Assembly (NCBI GenBank): GCA_964602445.1
Contig: CAZRQV010000004.1
Coordinates: forward strand, 67,866 to 131,865
From: an uncultured Lachnoclostridium sp.
GTDB lineage: Bacteria > Bacillota > Clostridia > Lachnospirales > Lachnospiraceae
Reading direction: 5' to 3'
DNA length: 64,000 nucleotides
Shown here: piece after piece, positions 1 to 8,173 of the stretch
How the letters are laid out: every line of letters starts with the position of its first letter
How positions within the stretch are numbered: position 1 is the first letter of the stretch
Notes under the pieces: model-generated
Databases searched by the model: none
Seen by the model: the letters and a program-made list of their open reading frames with translations, nothing else
Told to the model about the DNA's origin: nothing
Position numbers and translations under genes: made by a program

Positions 1-44
1 CAGCAGCAAAAGATCAAACAGAACCAGGATTCCCGCCCGATCCA

Positions 45-1604
45 TTATCCTGCATACGGCAGAACTTCAAAGCACTCATGCTCGTCTTTGCCGTCAATAG
101 AGATGCTGTAATAGTCATTTTCCGCACGAGTCACATTCAGTACCCCTGTCTGTCCTGTTTCCTGAATGATAAATTTTACATAGGTTTGATTATCTGTCGC
201 TTTGATGATCATATGACTGCCGGCCGGAAGCACACTCTGTTTTTCGCCTAAGGTAACCGGCAAATCTATCGTAGTTGTCAGAACTTTATCATTTTTCCAA
301 AGATTCAGCTCGGTTTCTTCTGTTTCTAATTCATGATTTTCATTAAACCGATAGATTCTCTGACCATCATAACTGCCGAGGAAGTTCACTCGTTCTTCCA
401 TGACAATTTCCTCTAAATTCATATTTCCGGTATCAATGGCCGCCATCACACTGCCGGTTTCCTGAATCTTTCCTTCTGTCAGACGATAGATATAGGTGTC
501 ATAATCATCCGATGCCTGATCTACCCCTACCATACAATAAATTTCTCCATCTTTTTGAATCAGATAACTATGTTCTAACGTTGCAAAGGATTCCATGGGC
601 ATCGTTTTTTCGCCTAATTTTAAAGAACAGACCGGCCAGTCATCTTCCCAGCGATAGGACAGTTCAAAAGGAACTTTCTTCGTTTCATTCTCTTTTGCTG
701 AAACGTTTAAGATTACCTGCTCATTTTTTCCCAGACGCGCGATGCCATCCATCTGCTCCGGAACATATGCCTGTTTCAAATACTGCTTAAACTGTTCATA
801 GGAAAGATGGATTTCTGCAATTCCCATTGTAAACGGGCCTACAGACTCTTCCGGAAGGATTACTGTAATTCCTGAGGCATCCAGGTACCAGGAAGGATCT
901 TCTTCCCCTGCAAACATGGTTTCTACCGTCTCTTCATAATTTTCCAACAGCTCATTTTCATATGTAAGCAACAGGCATTCTTTGATATAACTGATTGCTT
1001 CTTTTTTGAACGGTTCATAATCTAAACAAAGATCGGAAAGCTCCAGCCGTTTTCCGGTCTGTGCATCAAAAGTAATTCCCTGACGGCTTGTTTCTCCATG
1101 GTCACCGCTCAAAGACGTATACAGTTCATCCACCAGACTGATTACCTGTGCATCGGTTCTGCCAAGATAAACCTCCTGATAAATCGAATAATACAGATCT
1201 GCCGCTTTATTTTTTTCAGTTTCTTGTGCCTGTTTTTCACAGGAAGCAGCTATTCCCCGAAGCTCTTCGCTTCGCTCCAGCGACCAGTTTTCTATATTGT
1301 TCTTTAAATTTCCTTCTTCATTGACCGTCACATCACAATACTGCAGATACATATAAGGAAATTCCATCTCTGACAAATAATACATTTTAAAATTATCTTT
1401 TACACTGATTCCGCTGGTCATCTGAGGCATCTCTGCAGCAGGGATTTTCGTCGTTTCCTGTATCGGTACCTCTTCTGCGTCTGTCGATGCTTCTTCCTGT
1501 ACCGGAGCATTAATTTCTGATGATTCTATCTTTGTTCCGCAGCCGGATGCCAAAGTAAGAACCGCTGCACCCAAAAGTGCCATATATTTTATTCTGTTCT
1601 TCAT
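45..1604 (-). CDS. secreted lipoprotein, DUF3298/RsiV-like central region, function unknown
   Basis: Signal peptide plus lipobox (MKNRIKYMALLGAAVLTLASGC). GGAG RBS lies 5 nt before the ATG at 1604; the ORF-track start at 1616 is a TTG inside the RBS. The central segment resembles DUF3298-type folds. Confidence 0.6.
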   Translation of the reverse strand: MKNRIKYMALLGAAVLTLASGCGTKIESSEINAPVQEEASTDAEEVPIQETTKIPAAEMPQMTSGISVKDNFKMYYLSEMEFPYMYLQYCDVTVNEEGNLKNNIENWSLERSEELRGIAASCEKQAQETEKNKAADLYYSIYQEVYLGRTDAQVISLVDELYTSLSGDHGETSRQGITFDAQTGKRLELSDLCLDYEPFKKEAISYIKECLLLTYENELLENYEETVETMFAGEEDPSWYLDASGITVILPEESVGPFTMGIAEIHLSYEQFKQYLKQAYVPEQMDGIARLGKNEQVILNVSAKENETKKVPFELSYRWEDDWPVCSLKLGEKTMPMESFATLEHSYLIQKDGEIYCMVGVDQASDDYDTYIYRLTEGKIQETGSVMAAIDTGNMNLEEIVMEERVNFLGSYDGQRIYRFNENHELETEETELNLWKNDKVLTTTIDLPVTLGEKQSVLPAGSHMIIKATDNQTYVKFIIQETGQTGVLNVTRAENDYYSISIDGKDEHECFEVLPYAG

Positions 1605-1697
1605 ACCGATCTCCAATCTGCCGCCGTGGCTTCTATCATATTCGGCATTCGCCGTTTATTTCGTGCAAACTTTGTTTGTCCAAACTCGCTTGCGCTT

Positions 1698-1726
1698 ATG
1701 ATATCGTGATTATATCACGATATCAT
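1698..1726. promoter_or_regulatory. 29-bp perfect palindrome (13-bp arms, 3-nt spacer) centred on an extended -10 box for the minus strand
   Basis: ATGATATCGTGAT-TAT-ATCACGATATCAT. On the minus strand the centre reads TGATATAAT (1709-1717), matching TGnTATAAT, about 95 nt upstream of the lipoprotein start. This looks like an operator overlapping a promoter. Confidence 0.5.
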
Positions 1727-1803
1727 AAATACTTTAGGAAATATCGACACAGTTTTTCTTAATTTTTCTTTAAGAACCAGCGCCTTTCTCCTTCCTGCAT
1801 CAA

Positions 1804-1952
1804 CACTCCAAGACTTTTTTAGGAACAACAAAAGTGCTCTTCGCAAACTCTCGCGCTCTACATTCTGACATAGCACAGCTTTTGTTCCGCCCGCGAGCAG
1901 TGCCATTTATGGCATCATACCTCTCTGCCAGCTGCGCATCCTGCACGGAGTG
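1804..1952. ncRNA. candidate structured RNA of unknown class (strand unresolved)
   Basis: Nested complementarity: CACTCC 1804-1809 with GGAGTG 1947-1952; 17-nt imperfect stem 1822-1838 with 1872-1888; CTCTCGCG 1848-1855 with CGCGAG 1892-1897 (pseudoknot or alternative pairing); hairpin TGCCAT-TT-ATGGCA 1901-1914. No credible ORF. Confidence 0.3.
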
Positions 1953-2030
1953 CTTTTATTTCATAGGAAAGCCTGTGCCTTTTACACGTTAATGCAATAA
2001 AGCTTTCCTATGAAACAAAAAGAGAAAGCA

Positions 2031-2537
2031 TTAAGCCTTCTCTTCCATATGTTCTGCAATATATTTTCCAACTTTGCTTTTTTCCATTTCCAGTACATAA
2101 GCCAGCTCTTCATAAAGCTTTTCTTCTGCCTGACGGAAATATTTTTCATCGACTACAGTCACTTTTTTTCCATTTTCCAGACGACGCTGTTTTCTATGAT
2201 ATAGTGTTTTTATGATCTTAACCAGTTCTTCACAGTCACATGTCTGAAGTGCTTCTTTAAACTGCACTTCCCTTACTTTTTCATTTACAATCCACACTGT
2301 TTCAATCTGAGGAATCCGCTGGATCAATTCTTCTGCCGCAGCTTTTGTGATCACAGGACGCATGATAATCTTGCGACTTTCCACCGGTGCATACACCGCA
2401 GAATCCTTGTGATATACCGGTCTCAAGGTATAATATAACTTTTCCTTATCAGCCATCGGCATTTTCAAGGTACCGATTTCTGTAATCTCACATACTCCAT
2501 GATGTCCATAAACTACTACTTCATTTACTTGAAACAT
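2031..2537 (-). CDS. CarD/CdnL/TRCF-domain transcriptional regulator
   Basis: N-terminus MFQVNEVVVYGHHGVCEITEI... is typical of the CarD_CdnL_TRCF RNAP-interacting domain. 168 aa. AAGGAAG RBS. Confidence 0.85.
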   Translation of the reverse strand: MFQVNEVVVYGHHGVCEITEIGTLKMPMADKEKLYYTLRPVYHKDSAVYAPVESRKIIMRPVITKAAAEELIQRIPQIETVWIVNEKVREVQFKEALQTCDCEELVKIIKTLYHRKQRRLENGKKVTVVDEKYFRQAEEKLYEELAYVLEMEKSKVGKYIAEHMEEKA

Positions 2538-2713
2538 TCTATCACTTCCTTTACTTTTCTGACAACTTCTTCCATTTATATTTTAACACTAATTTTTTTC
2601 AAATGTAAGCGATTTTTCCAAAAGAATCCCGGATTTTCTGACAAAAGAAATTTTATCGTTTACATTTTGGAAATGATATATTATAGTTTTTACAGACTAA
2701 CACAAAGGATGAA

Positions 2714-3289
2714 ATGATGATGGAACTCACATTTGGAGAACAGATAAAAATTATTTTACATCGAAAAAATATGACCATTCAGGATCTGGCTGCACTTTAC
2801 GAATCCCGGACCGGCAATAAAATGACACGGCAAAATCTCAGCCAGCGTTTAAAACGGGATAATTTTCCGGAACAGGATATGCACCTGATTGCTTCTCTGC
2901 TGGGATACCAGGCAAATATTCAGCTTGTACCGGTATCCGAACCGACGGCACCTGTTTCGACCCCTGCGCCGGCTCCGGTATCTATACCGACAGTAACTGC
3001 GGCACCTGTGATCCCGGAAACCCAGAAGGTTACTACCGCTGACGGCAGTACCCTCCACGTTCCGAATCTTTTAAAGAAACCGCTCATTCAGGGAGAAATC
3101 AATCCGCTGACCGGAGAAGAATATCTTACCAATACCGTCCGCAGACATCCTAACAAGGCAGATTACGTTCAGGTTTATGACCAGTCTACCCATGAATGGA
3201 GTGATGTCAATGAAGATTACTTTTGGAGATTTCAGGCCAATAAAAAAGAACTTTTAGGATCTGATTATCAGGAACCGATTCTGATCTAA
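2714..3289 (+). CDS. HTH (XRE-like) protein with Pro/Thr-rich linker and unknown C-terminal domain
   Basis: N-terminal helix-turn-helix-like segment (MTIQDLAALYESRTGNKMTRQNLSQRL), then a PT/PA-rich linker (PTAPVSTPAPAPVSIPTVTAAPVIP), then an unassigned domain of about 90 aa. Confidence 0.55.
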   Translation: MMMELTFGEQIKIILHRKNMTIQDLAALYESRTGNKMTRQNLSQRLKRDNFPEQDMHLIASLLGYQANIQLVPVSEPTAPVSTPAPAPVSIPTVTAAPVIPETQKVTTADGSTLHVPNLLKKPLIQGEINPLTGEEYLTNTVRRHPNKADYVQVYDQSTHEWSDVNEDYFWRFQANKKELLGSDYQEPILI

Positions 3290-4620
3290 ACCAAAGACTG
3301 GGAATCATTTTCCTTGATTTTCTGAAAATATTCCCGAATCTTTTTTTCATACCCGTTTTCTGACGGAATATAAAATTTCTCATCTTTGATCTCATCCGGC
3401 AGATATTGCTGTTCTACATAATGATTTGGGTAATTATGGGCATATTTATAACCAATCCCTCTTCCAAGATTCGCAGAACCTTTATAATGAGCATCCTGCA
3501 GATGTGCCGGAACCGTTGTTTTGGTACTGCGGACACTGTCCATGGCTGCAAAGATCGCATTGCACGCGGCATTGCTCTTTGGTGCACATGCGACGTAAGA
3601 TGCGGCCTGAGATAAGATGATCTGGGATTCCGGCATGCCGACCCGCTCTACCGCCTGTGCTGCACTGACCGCCACTGTCAATGCCATAGGATCTGCATTT
3701 CCCACATCTTCGGAAGCACAGATCATAATCCTTCTTGCAATAAATTTCACATCTTCTCCTGCATAAAGCATTTTCGCAAGATAATAAACTGCCGCATCCG
3801 GATCAGATCCCCGCATACTTTTAATAAATGCGGAAATCGTATCATAATGATTATCTCCGGTCTTATCATACCGAACGACTCTTTTCTGAATACATTCTGA
3901 AGCTACTTCCAGCGTAATATGGATCTTGCCGTCTTCACTGCGCTCTGTTGTCAAAATCCCCAGTTCCACTGCATTCAATGCATTTCTCGCATCTCCGCCG
4001 GAAATATCTGCCAAAAACTCTAATGCGTCTTCTTCGATTTCTGCATGGAAAGATCCCATTCCTTTGACCGGATCATACACCGCTCTCTGCAAAAGCGTTT
4101 TGATATCTTCTTTTTCCAAAGGCTTTAATTCAAAGATCAGGGAACGGGAGATCAACGCACCGTTGACTTCAAAATATGGATTTTCGGTAGTGGCACCGAT
4201 TAGAATCAGCGTTCCGTCTTCCACAAACGGCAGGAGATAATCCTGCTGTCCTTTATTAAAGCGATGAATTTCATCGACAAAAAGGATCGTCTTTTTTCCA
4301 TACATGCCCAAGCGGTCTTTCGCTGCCTGAACAATCTCTTCCATATCCTTTTTTCCTGCTACAGTGGCATTTAACTGGGTAAATTCCGCACTGGTGGTGT
4401 TGGCAATGACTTTCGCCAGGGTCGTCTTTCCGGTTCCCGGAGGACCATAAAAAATAACGCTGCCCAGTTTATCGGCTTTGATGGCACGATAGAGCAGCTT
4501 ATCTTCCCCGATAATATGTTTCTGTCCTACTACTTCTTCCAACGTTGCAGGACGAAGGCGGGACGCCAGCGGCGATTCCCCCTCCATCTTCTGTTCTCTC
4601 ATATAATCAAATAAATCCAT
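3286..4620 (-). CDS. rarA: replication-associated recombination protein A (AAA+ ATPase RarA/MgsA)
   Basis: Walker A GPPGTGKTTLA, Walker B LFVDEIHRF and the MgsA C-terminal helical domain. 444 aa. Confidence 0.9.
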   Translation of the reverse strand: MDLFDYMREQKMEGESPLASRLRPATLEEVVGQKHIIGEDKLLYRAIKADKLGSVIFYGPPGTGKTTLAKVIANTTSAEFTQLNATVAGKKDMEEIVQAAKDRLGMYGKKTILFVDEIHRFNKGQQDYLLPFVEDGTLILIGATTENPYFEVNGALISRSLIFELKPLEKEDIKTLLQRAVYDPVKGMGSFHAEIEEDALEFLADISGGDARNALNAVELGILTTERSEDGKIHITLEVASECIQKRVVRYDKTGDNHYDTISAFIKSMRGSDPDAAVYYLAKMLYAGEDVKFIARRIMICASEDVGNADPMALTVAVSAAQAVERVGMPESQIILSQAASYVACAPKSNAACNAIFAAMDSVRSTKTTVPAHLQDAHYKGSANLGRGIGYKYAHNYPNHYVEQQYLPDEIKDEKFYIPSENGYEKKIREYFQKIKENDSQSLV

Positions 4621-4658
4621 GTAATTCCTCTGTTTTCTGCAGTAATCTCAAAGTACCT

Positions 4659-5828
4659 TTAAAGTACTCTGGCTCCGTCGCCGACTTCTGCATTATAAAA
4701 ATCCGCATAATATCCGGTTCGTTCCGTATAATTCTTTCCTACTTCGATGGCAAACATTTCCACCGCTTCCTTTTTCATCAGACTGATGGTGCATCCGCCA
4801 AATCCGCCTCCCGTCATTCGGGAACCGATCACTCCCGGCACTTTCAGTGCCTCTTCTACTAATACATCCAGTTCTCGTCCCGTAACCTCATAATTGTCAC
4901 GGAGAGACCGATGGGATTCAATCATCAACTTTCCAAAAGTTTCCATATCATGGGCTTTTAATGCTTCAAATGCATTGATCGTTCTCTGATTCTCATAAAC
5001 TGCATGAGCTGCTCGTTTGACCAGAACCGGTTCTACGATCATTTCTTTTACCTGTTCATAACATTCCGGTGTCAATTCGCCTAAAGACTGGATTGCTACG
5101 ACACTCTGCAGTTCCGCCAATGCTCTTTCGCATTCCATACGGCGTTCATTGTATTTTGCATCAAATGCACCGCGGATCTTATGACTGTTGGTGATCACCA
5201 GTGCATATTCTGACATATCCATTGGGGCATACTCGTATCGAAGATCACTGGTATCCAAAAAGATGGCGTTGTTCTCTTTTGCCATGGCGCTGGCAAACTG
5301 ATCCATGATTCCACAGTTGATGCCGTGAAATTCATTTTCCGCATACTGACCAAACAGCGCAATATCCACATTGGTAATATCTTCCAATCCAAACATTTCG
5401 CGGATCATCAGACCTAACGCGACACCGATGGATGCCGATGTTCCAAGACCTGCACCGCTTGGGATATTTCCGTAAAGAAGCATGTCAAAGCCATTTGGGA
5501 TCCGGTATCCTTTTTTCTGATATGTCCATAAAATTCCGATGGGATAGTTGGTCCAGCCGTTGCTGCGGCGATATTTTAATGTGCCCAGATTTCCTTCCGT
5601 AACTCCGTTTTCTGTATAGTTCATGGAATAAAACCGGAGTTTTTTGTCCGGACGTTTTTTTGCAACAACATAAGTTCCTATGGTCAATGCACAGGGAAGC
5701 ACATGTCCCCCATTATAATCCGTATGCTCACCAATCAGATTCACTCTTCCCGGTGCAAAATAAACTCTTGCGCCTTCACTGGATCCATAAATTTCTTCAA
5801 AGCTTTTCAGCAACATTTCTTTCATCAT
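4659..5828 (-). CDS. galK: galactokinase
   Basis: Galactokinase signature GRVNLIGEHTDYNGG and GHMP kinase motif PSGAGLGTSAS. 389 aa. Confidence 0.93.
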   Translation of the reverse strand: MMKEMLLKSFEEIYGSSEGARVYFAPGRVNLIGEHTDYNGGHVLPCALTIGTYVVAKKRPDKKLRFYSMNYTENGVTEGNLGTLKYRRSNGWTNYPIGILWTYQKKGYRIPNGFDMLLYGNIPSGAGLGTSASIGVALGLMIREMFGLEDITNVDIALFGQYAENEFHGINCGIMDQFASAMAKENNAIFLDTSDLRYEYAPMDMSEYALVITNSHKIRGAFDAKYNERRMECERALAELQSVVAIQSLGELTPECYEQVKEMIVEPVLVKRAAHAVYENQRTINAFEALKAHDMETFGKLMIESHRSLRDNYEVTGRELDVLVEEALKVPGVIGSRMTGGGFGGCTISLMKKEAVEMFAIEVGKNYTERTGYYADFYNAEVGDGARVL

Positions 5829-5939
5829 ACAGTCACCCCAACCTGTAATTTATCACTTTCTACCCTGTGATTTCAGAAACGATCCTACAAAATGTACTGT
5901 TTCATCACAGGATTTTGTATCTAACGATTCGCTTCTCCT

Positions 5940-6776
5940 TTAGTGGGAAAAGATTAAAAAGTATGCCAGTACGATCACGCCCAGCACAATCCTGTAATAT
6001 CCAAATACTTTGAAATCATGTTTTTTCACATAAGACATCAGCATTTTAATGGACAGCATAGAAACGATAAATGCTGTGATCATTCCTGTCGCTAAGATCG
6101 CAACTTCATATCCTGTCAGTGCAAATCCAAACTTGAGCATTTTCAAGAGACTGGCTCCTAACATGACCGGAATTGCCATAAAAAAGCTGAATTCTGCTCC
6201 GATATAACGGGAACATCCCACGATCAGCGCTCCCAGAATCGTTGCTCCGGAACGTGAAGTTCCCGGAATCAGGGAAAGCACCTGAAACATACCGATGAGA
6301 AGGGCTGTCTGAAAGGACAGATCTTCAATTCTGCGAATTTTCGGACGTCTTCCCTTGTTCCAATTCTCTACAACAATAAACAAAACACCATAAACGATCA
6401 GCGTCACCGCTACGGTCTGATAGTTGTAGAACATCTGATCCAGTACATCATCAAACAGGAGACCAAGAACAGCGGCCGGAAGAACTCCTACAACCACCTT
6501 AAACCACATCATCCATGTATCCTTTTTGATCCAGCCTTTTTCTTTCGTTGTAAACGGCCACAGCTTCGGAAAAAACAGGACAACGACTGCGAAAATCGCT
6601 CCTAACTGAATCACAACATTGAACATTTCCATAAATTCTTTACTGACATTTAAATGTACAAATTCTTCCAGAAGGATCATATGTCCGGTACTGCTGACCG
6701 GAAGCCATTCTGTGATTCCTTCTACAATCCCGATCAGGATCGTCTTTAAAATTTCAATCAACAATTTTGGTTCCAT
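5940..6776 (-). CDS. uppP: undecaprenyl-diphosphate phosphatase (BacA/UppP)
   Basis: UppP motifs [10 protein letters not shown] and [10 protein letters not shown]. Polytopic membrane protein of 278 aa. Confidence 0.9.
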   Translation of the reverse strand: MEPKLLIEILKTILIGIVEGITEWLPVSSTGHMILLEEFVHLNVSKEFMEMFNVVIQLGAIFAVVVLFFPKLWPFTTKEKGWIKKDTWMMWFKVVVGVLPAAVLGLLFDDVLDQMFYNYQTVAVTLIVYGVLFIVVENWNKGRRPKIRRIEDLSFQTALLIGMFQVLSLIPGTSRSGATILGALIVGCSRYIGAEFSFFMAIPVMLGASLLKMLKFGFALTGYEVAILATGMITAFIVSMLSIKMLMSYVKKHDFKVFGYYRIVLGVIVLAYFLIFSH

Positions 6777-6843
6777 TTCTCTATATTCCTTTCTTTCAGT
6801 ACTTATGTTTTCTTTCCCACATTTAGTACCTTTCTGCAGATAC

Positions 6844-7476
6844 TTACGTAGTTTCGACAGTTTCTTCTTCGAACGTTTCCCTTACGAGACGATCATATTC
6901 CTGCCACGCAAAAGTATCTTTTAATTCAGATAATGCCTCTGCCACCTGCCGGTACATCCAGCCATGTTTTTCTTTGCTCTTTTCATTAAAACGTTCCCAC
7001 AGCCGGTCACCGATGGTGTTTTGATCTCTGTGAATGGCACGGATATTCGACAGCTTGTCTGCAAGCGCAAGAATCTTTGCCTCTCTTCCCGCTCTCTGTC
7101 TTAAAAATTCCAATGTTTCCATTTTCCGAATCATCCATGTTTCCTGAGGCGGAAGATCTTTTCTCTTATCTTCACTCTCTGCCTCCACCAGATCTGCAAT
7201 ATGGTCATTAAAAAAGAAACGGATCTCCTCTACCGTAGCATCCGTATCTTCTACCACATCATGAAGCACTGCTGCCGCAATCATATCCGGATCATCTGTG
7301 ATCGTCGCTACGATCGCTGCTGCTTCCATCGGATGCACAATATATGGGATCTGCGTTCCCTTGCGATAGGTTCCGGAATGTGCCCGGGTCGCAAAAATAA
7401 TCGCACGATCCATCAGAGAGATCGTTTCATCCAGTAATACTTCAAAATCCTTTCGTCCAAGGGATTTGGCAGCCAT
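6844..7476 (-). CDS. stand-alone RelA/SpoT-type HD hydrolase (small alarmone hydrolase-like)
   Basis: Motifs [18 protein letters not shown] and LHDVVEDT of the (p)ppGpp hydrolase HD domain; no synthetase domain. AGGAGG RBS supports the ATG at 7476; the track start at 7506 is an extension. Confidence 0.75.
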   Translation of the reverse strand: MAAKSLGRKDFEVLLDETISLMDRAIIFATRAHSGTYRKGTQIPYIVHPMEAAAIVATITDDPDMIAAAVLHDVVEDTDATVEEIRFFFNDHIADLVEAESEDKRKDLPPQETWMIRKMETLEFLRQRAGREAKILALADKLSNIRAIHRDQNTIGDRLWERFNEKSKEKHGWMYRQVAEALSELKDTFAWQEYDRLVRETFEEETVETT

Positions 7477-7554
7477 AACTCCTCCTAAAATGCAATGCTG
7501 AAACATTATGAAAATCTAGGAATATTATACTATATCCATTTGCTTTTTGGAAGT

Positions 7555-7590
7555 ATAAAAAAAGGCGGCCAGCCTTTACGGCTGACCACC
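7555..7590 (-). terminator. intrinsic terminator after the GH97 gene
   Basis: On the minus strand: GGUGGUCAGCC-guaaa-GGCUGGCCGCC (11 bp including 2 G-U pairs) followed by UUUUUUAUA. Confidence 0.8.
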
Positions 7591-7600
7591 TGAAATCTTA

Positions 7601-8173
7601 TTATTTTAAATAAATAGTAACAGTATCTGTCTGTACACTTACGCCGTTTGCATCAGTGATCACACAATATACCTGCTGGCCATCACGCCATTTAGATACT
7701 TCGATGGAATACTGTGCACCTTTTGCAAATTCGGTTCCTGATTTGTAGAATTTTACATTTCCAGGATTCTTATAGAACCATTCGTAAGTCAGTCCTTCAC
7801 CTTTGGCTTTTACAGTAACAACTGCTTTCTTACCTACAGAATCTACGCCAACGCTTTCCGGCTGTTTCACGATTTCAATCGAACCATATTCCACTTTCAT
7901 TGATAATGTAACAACATCCGTCTGAACAGATTCACCGTGTCCGTCTGTGATCACGCAATATACCTGCTGACCATCACGCCATGCGTACATCGGCATTGTG
8001 TAAGATGCACCGCCGTCTGCAACGAACTGTGTACCGGATACATAGAATTTCTTATTGCCCGGATTCTTGTAGTACCATGTGTAAGTCAGATCATCACCTT
8101 TGGCTTTTACAGTAACTGTTGCGTTTTCACCCTTCAGTGCTTCTGTATCTACCGGCTGTTTTACGATCGTCAG
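7601..8173 (-). repeat. two tandem copies of a 92-98 aa Ig-like module at the GH97 C-terminus
   Basis: Pattern KQPxxV...G(E/K)xAxVTVKAKG..LTY(T/E)W(Y/F)YKNPGNxKFYxSG..F...Y....WRDGQQVYCVITD..G.SVQTD.VT occurs twice. The same module occurs twice at 12308-12874. Confidence 0.85.

Noticed and set aside
1775-1800. GCAGGAAGGAGAAAGGCGC on the minus strand looked superficially like the SRP RNA domain IV motif (GGAAGGAAGCAGC).
   Set aside because: The flanking sequence does not form the symmetric or asymmetric loop helix of 4.5S/scRNA, and the conserved GNAR tetraloop context is absent.
1715-1906. 63-aa ORF (MALLAGGTKAV...) in the structured intergenic region.
   Set aside because: It has no RBS and an Arg/Lys/Leu-rich translation that looks non-native. 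The same sequence is better explained by extensive RNA secondary structure.
1959-2015. Perfect 14-bp hairpin just after the carD-like stop, considered as its intrinsic terminator.
   Set aside because: In the minus-strand direction the stem is preceded by a U-run and followed by AAUAAAAG, which is the wrong polarity. The loop is 29 nt. It is kept only as part of the structured-region finding.
5850-5935. Inverted repeat CCTGTGAT...ATCACAGG and a TGTAGGATCGTTTCT stretch upstream of galK, considered as a cre (CcpA) or GalR operator.
   Set aside because: The match to the cre consensus (TGWAANCGNTNWCA) is poor, with several core mismatches. I cannot support a call.
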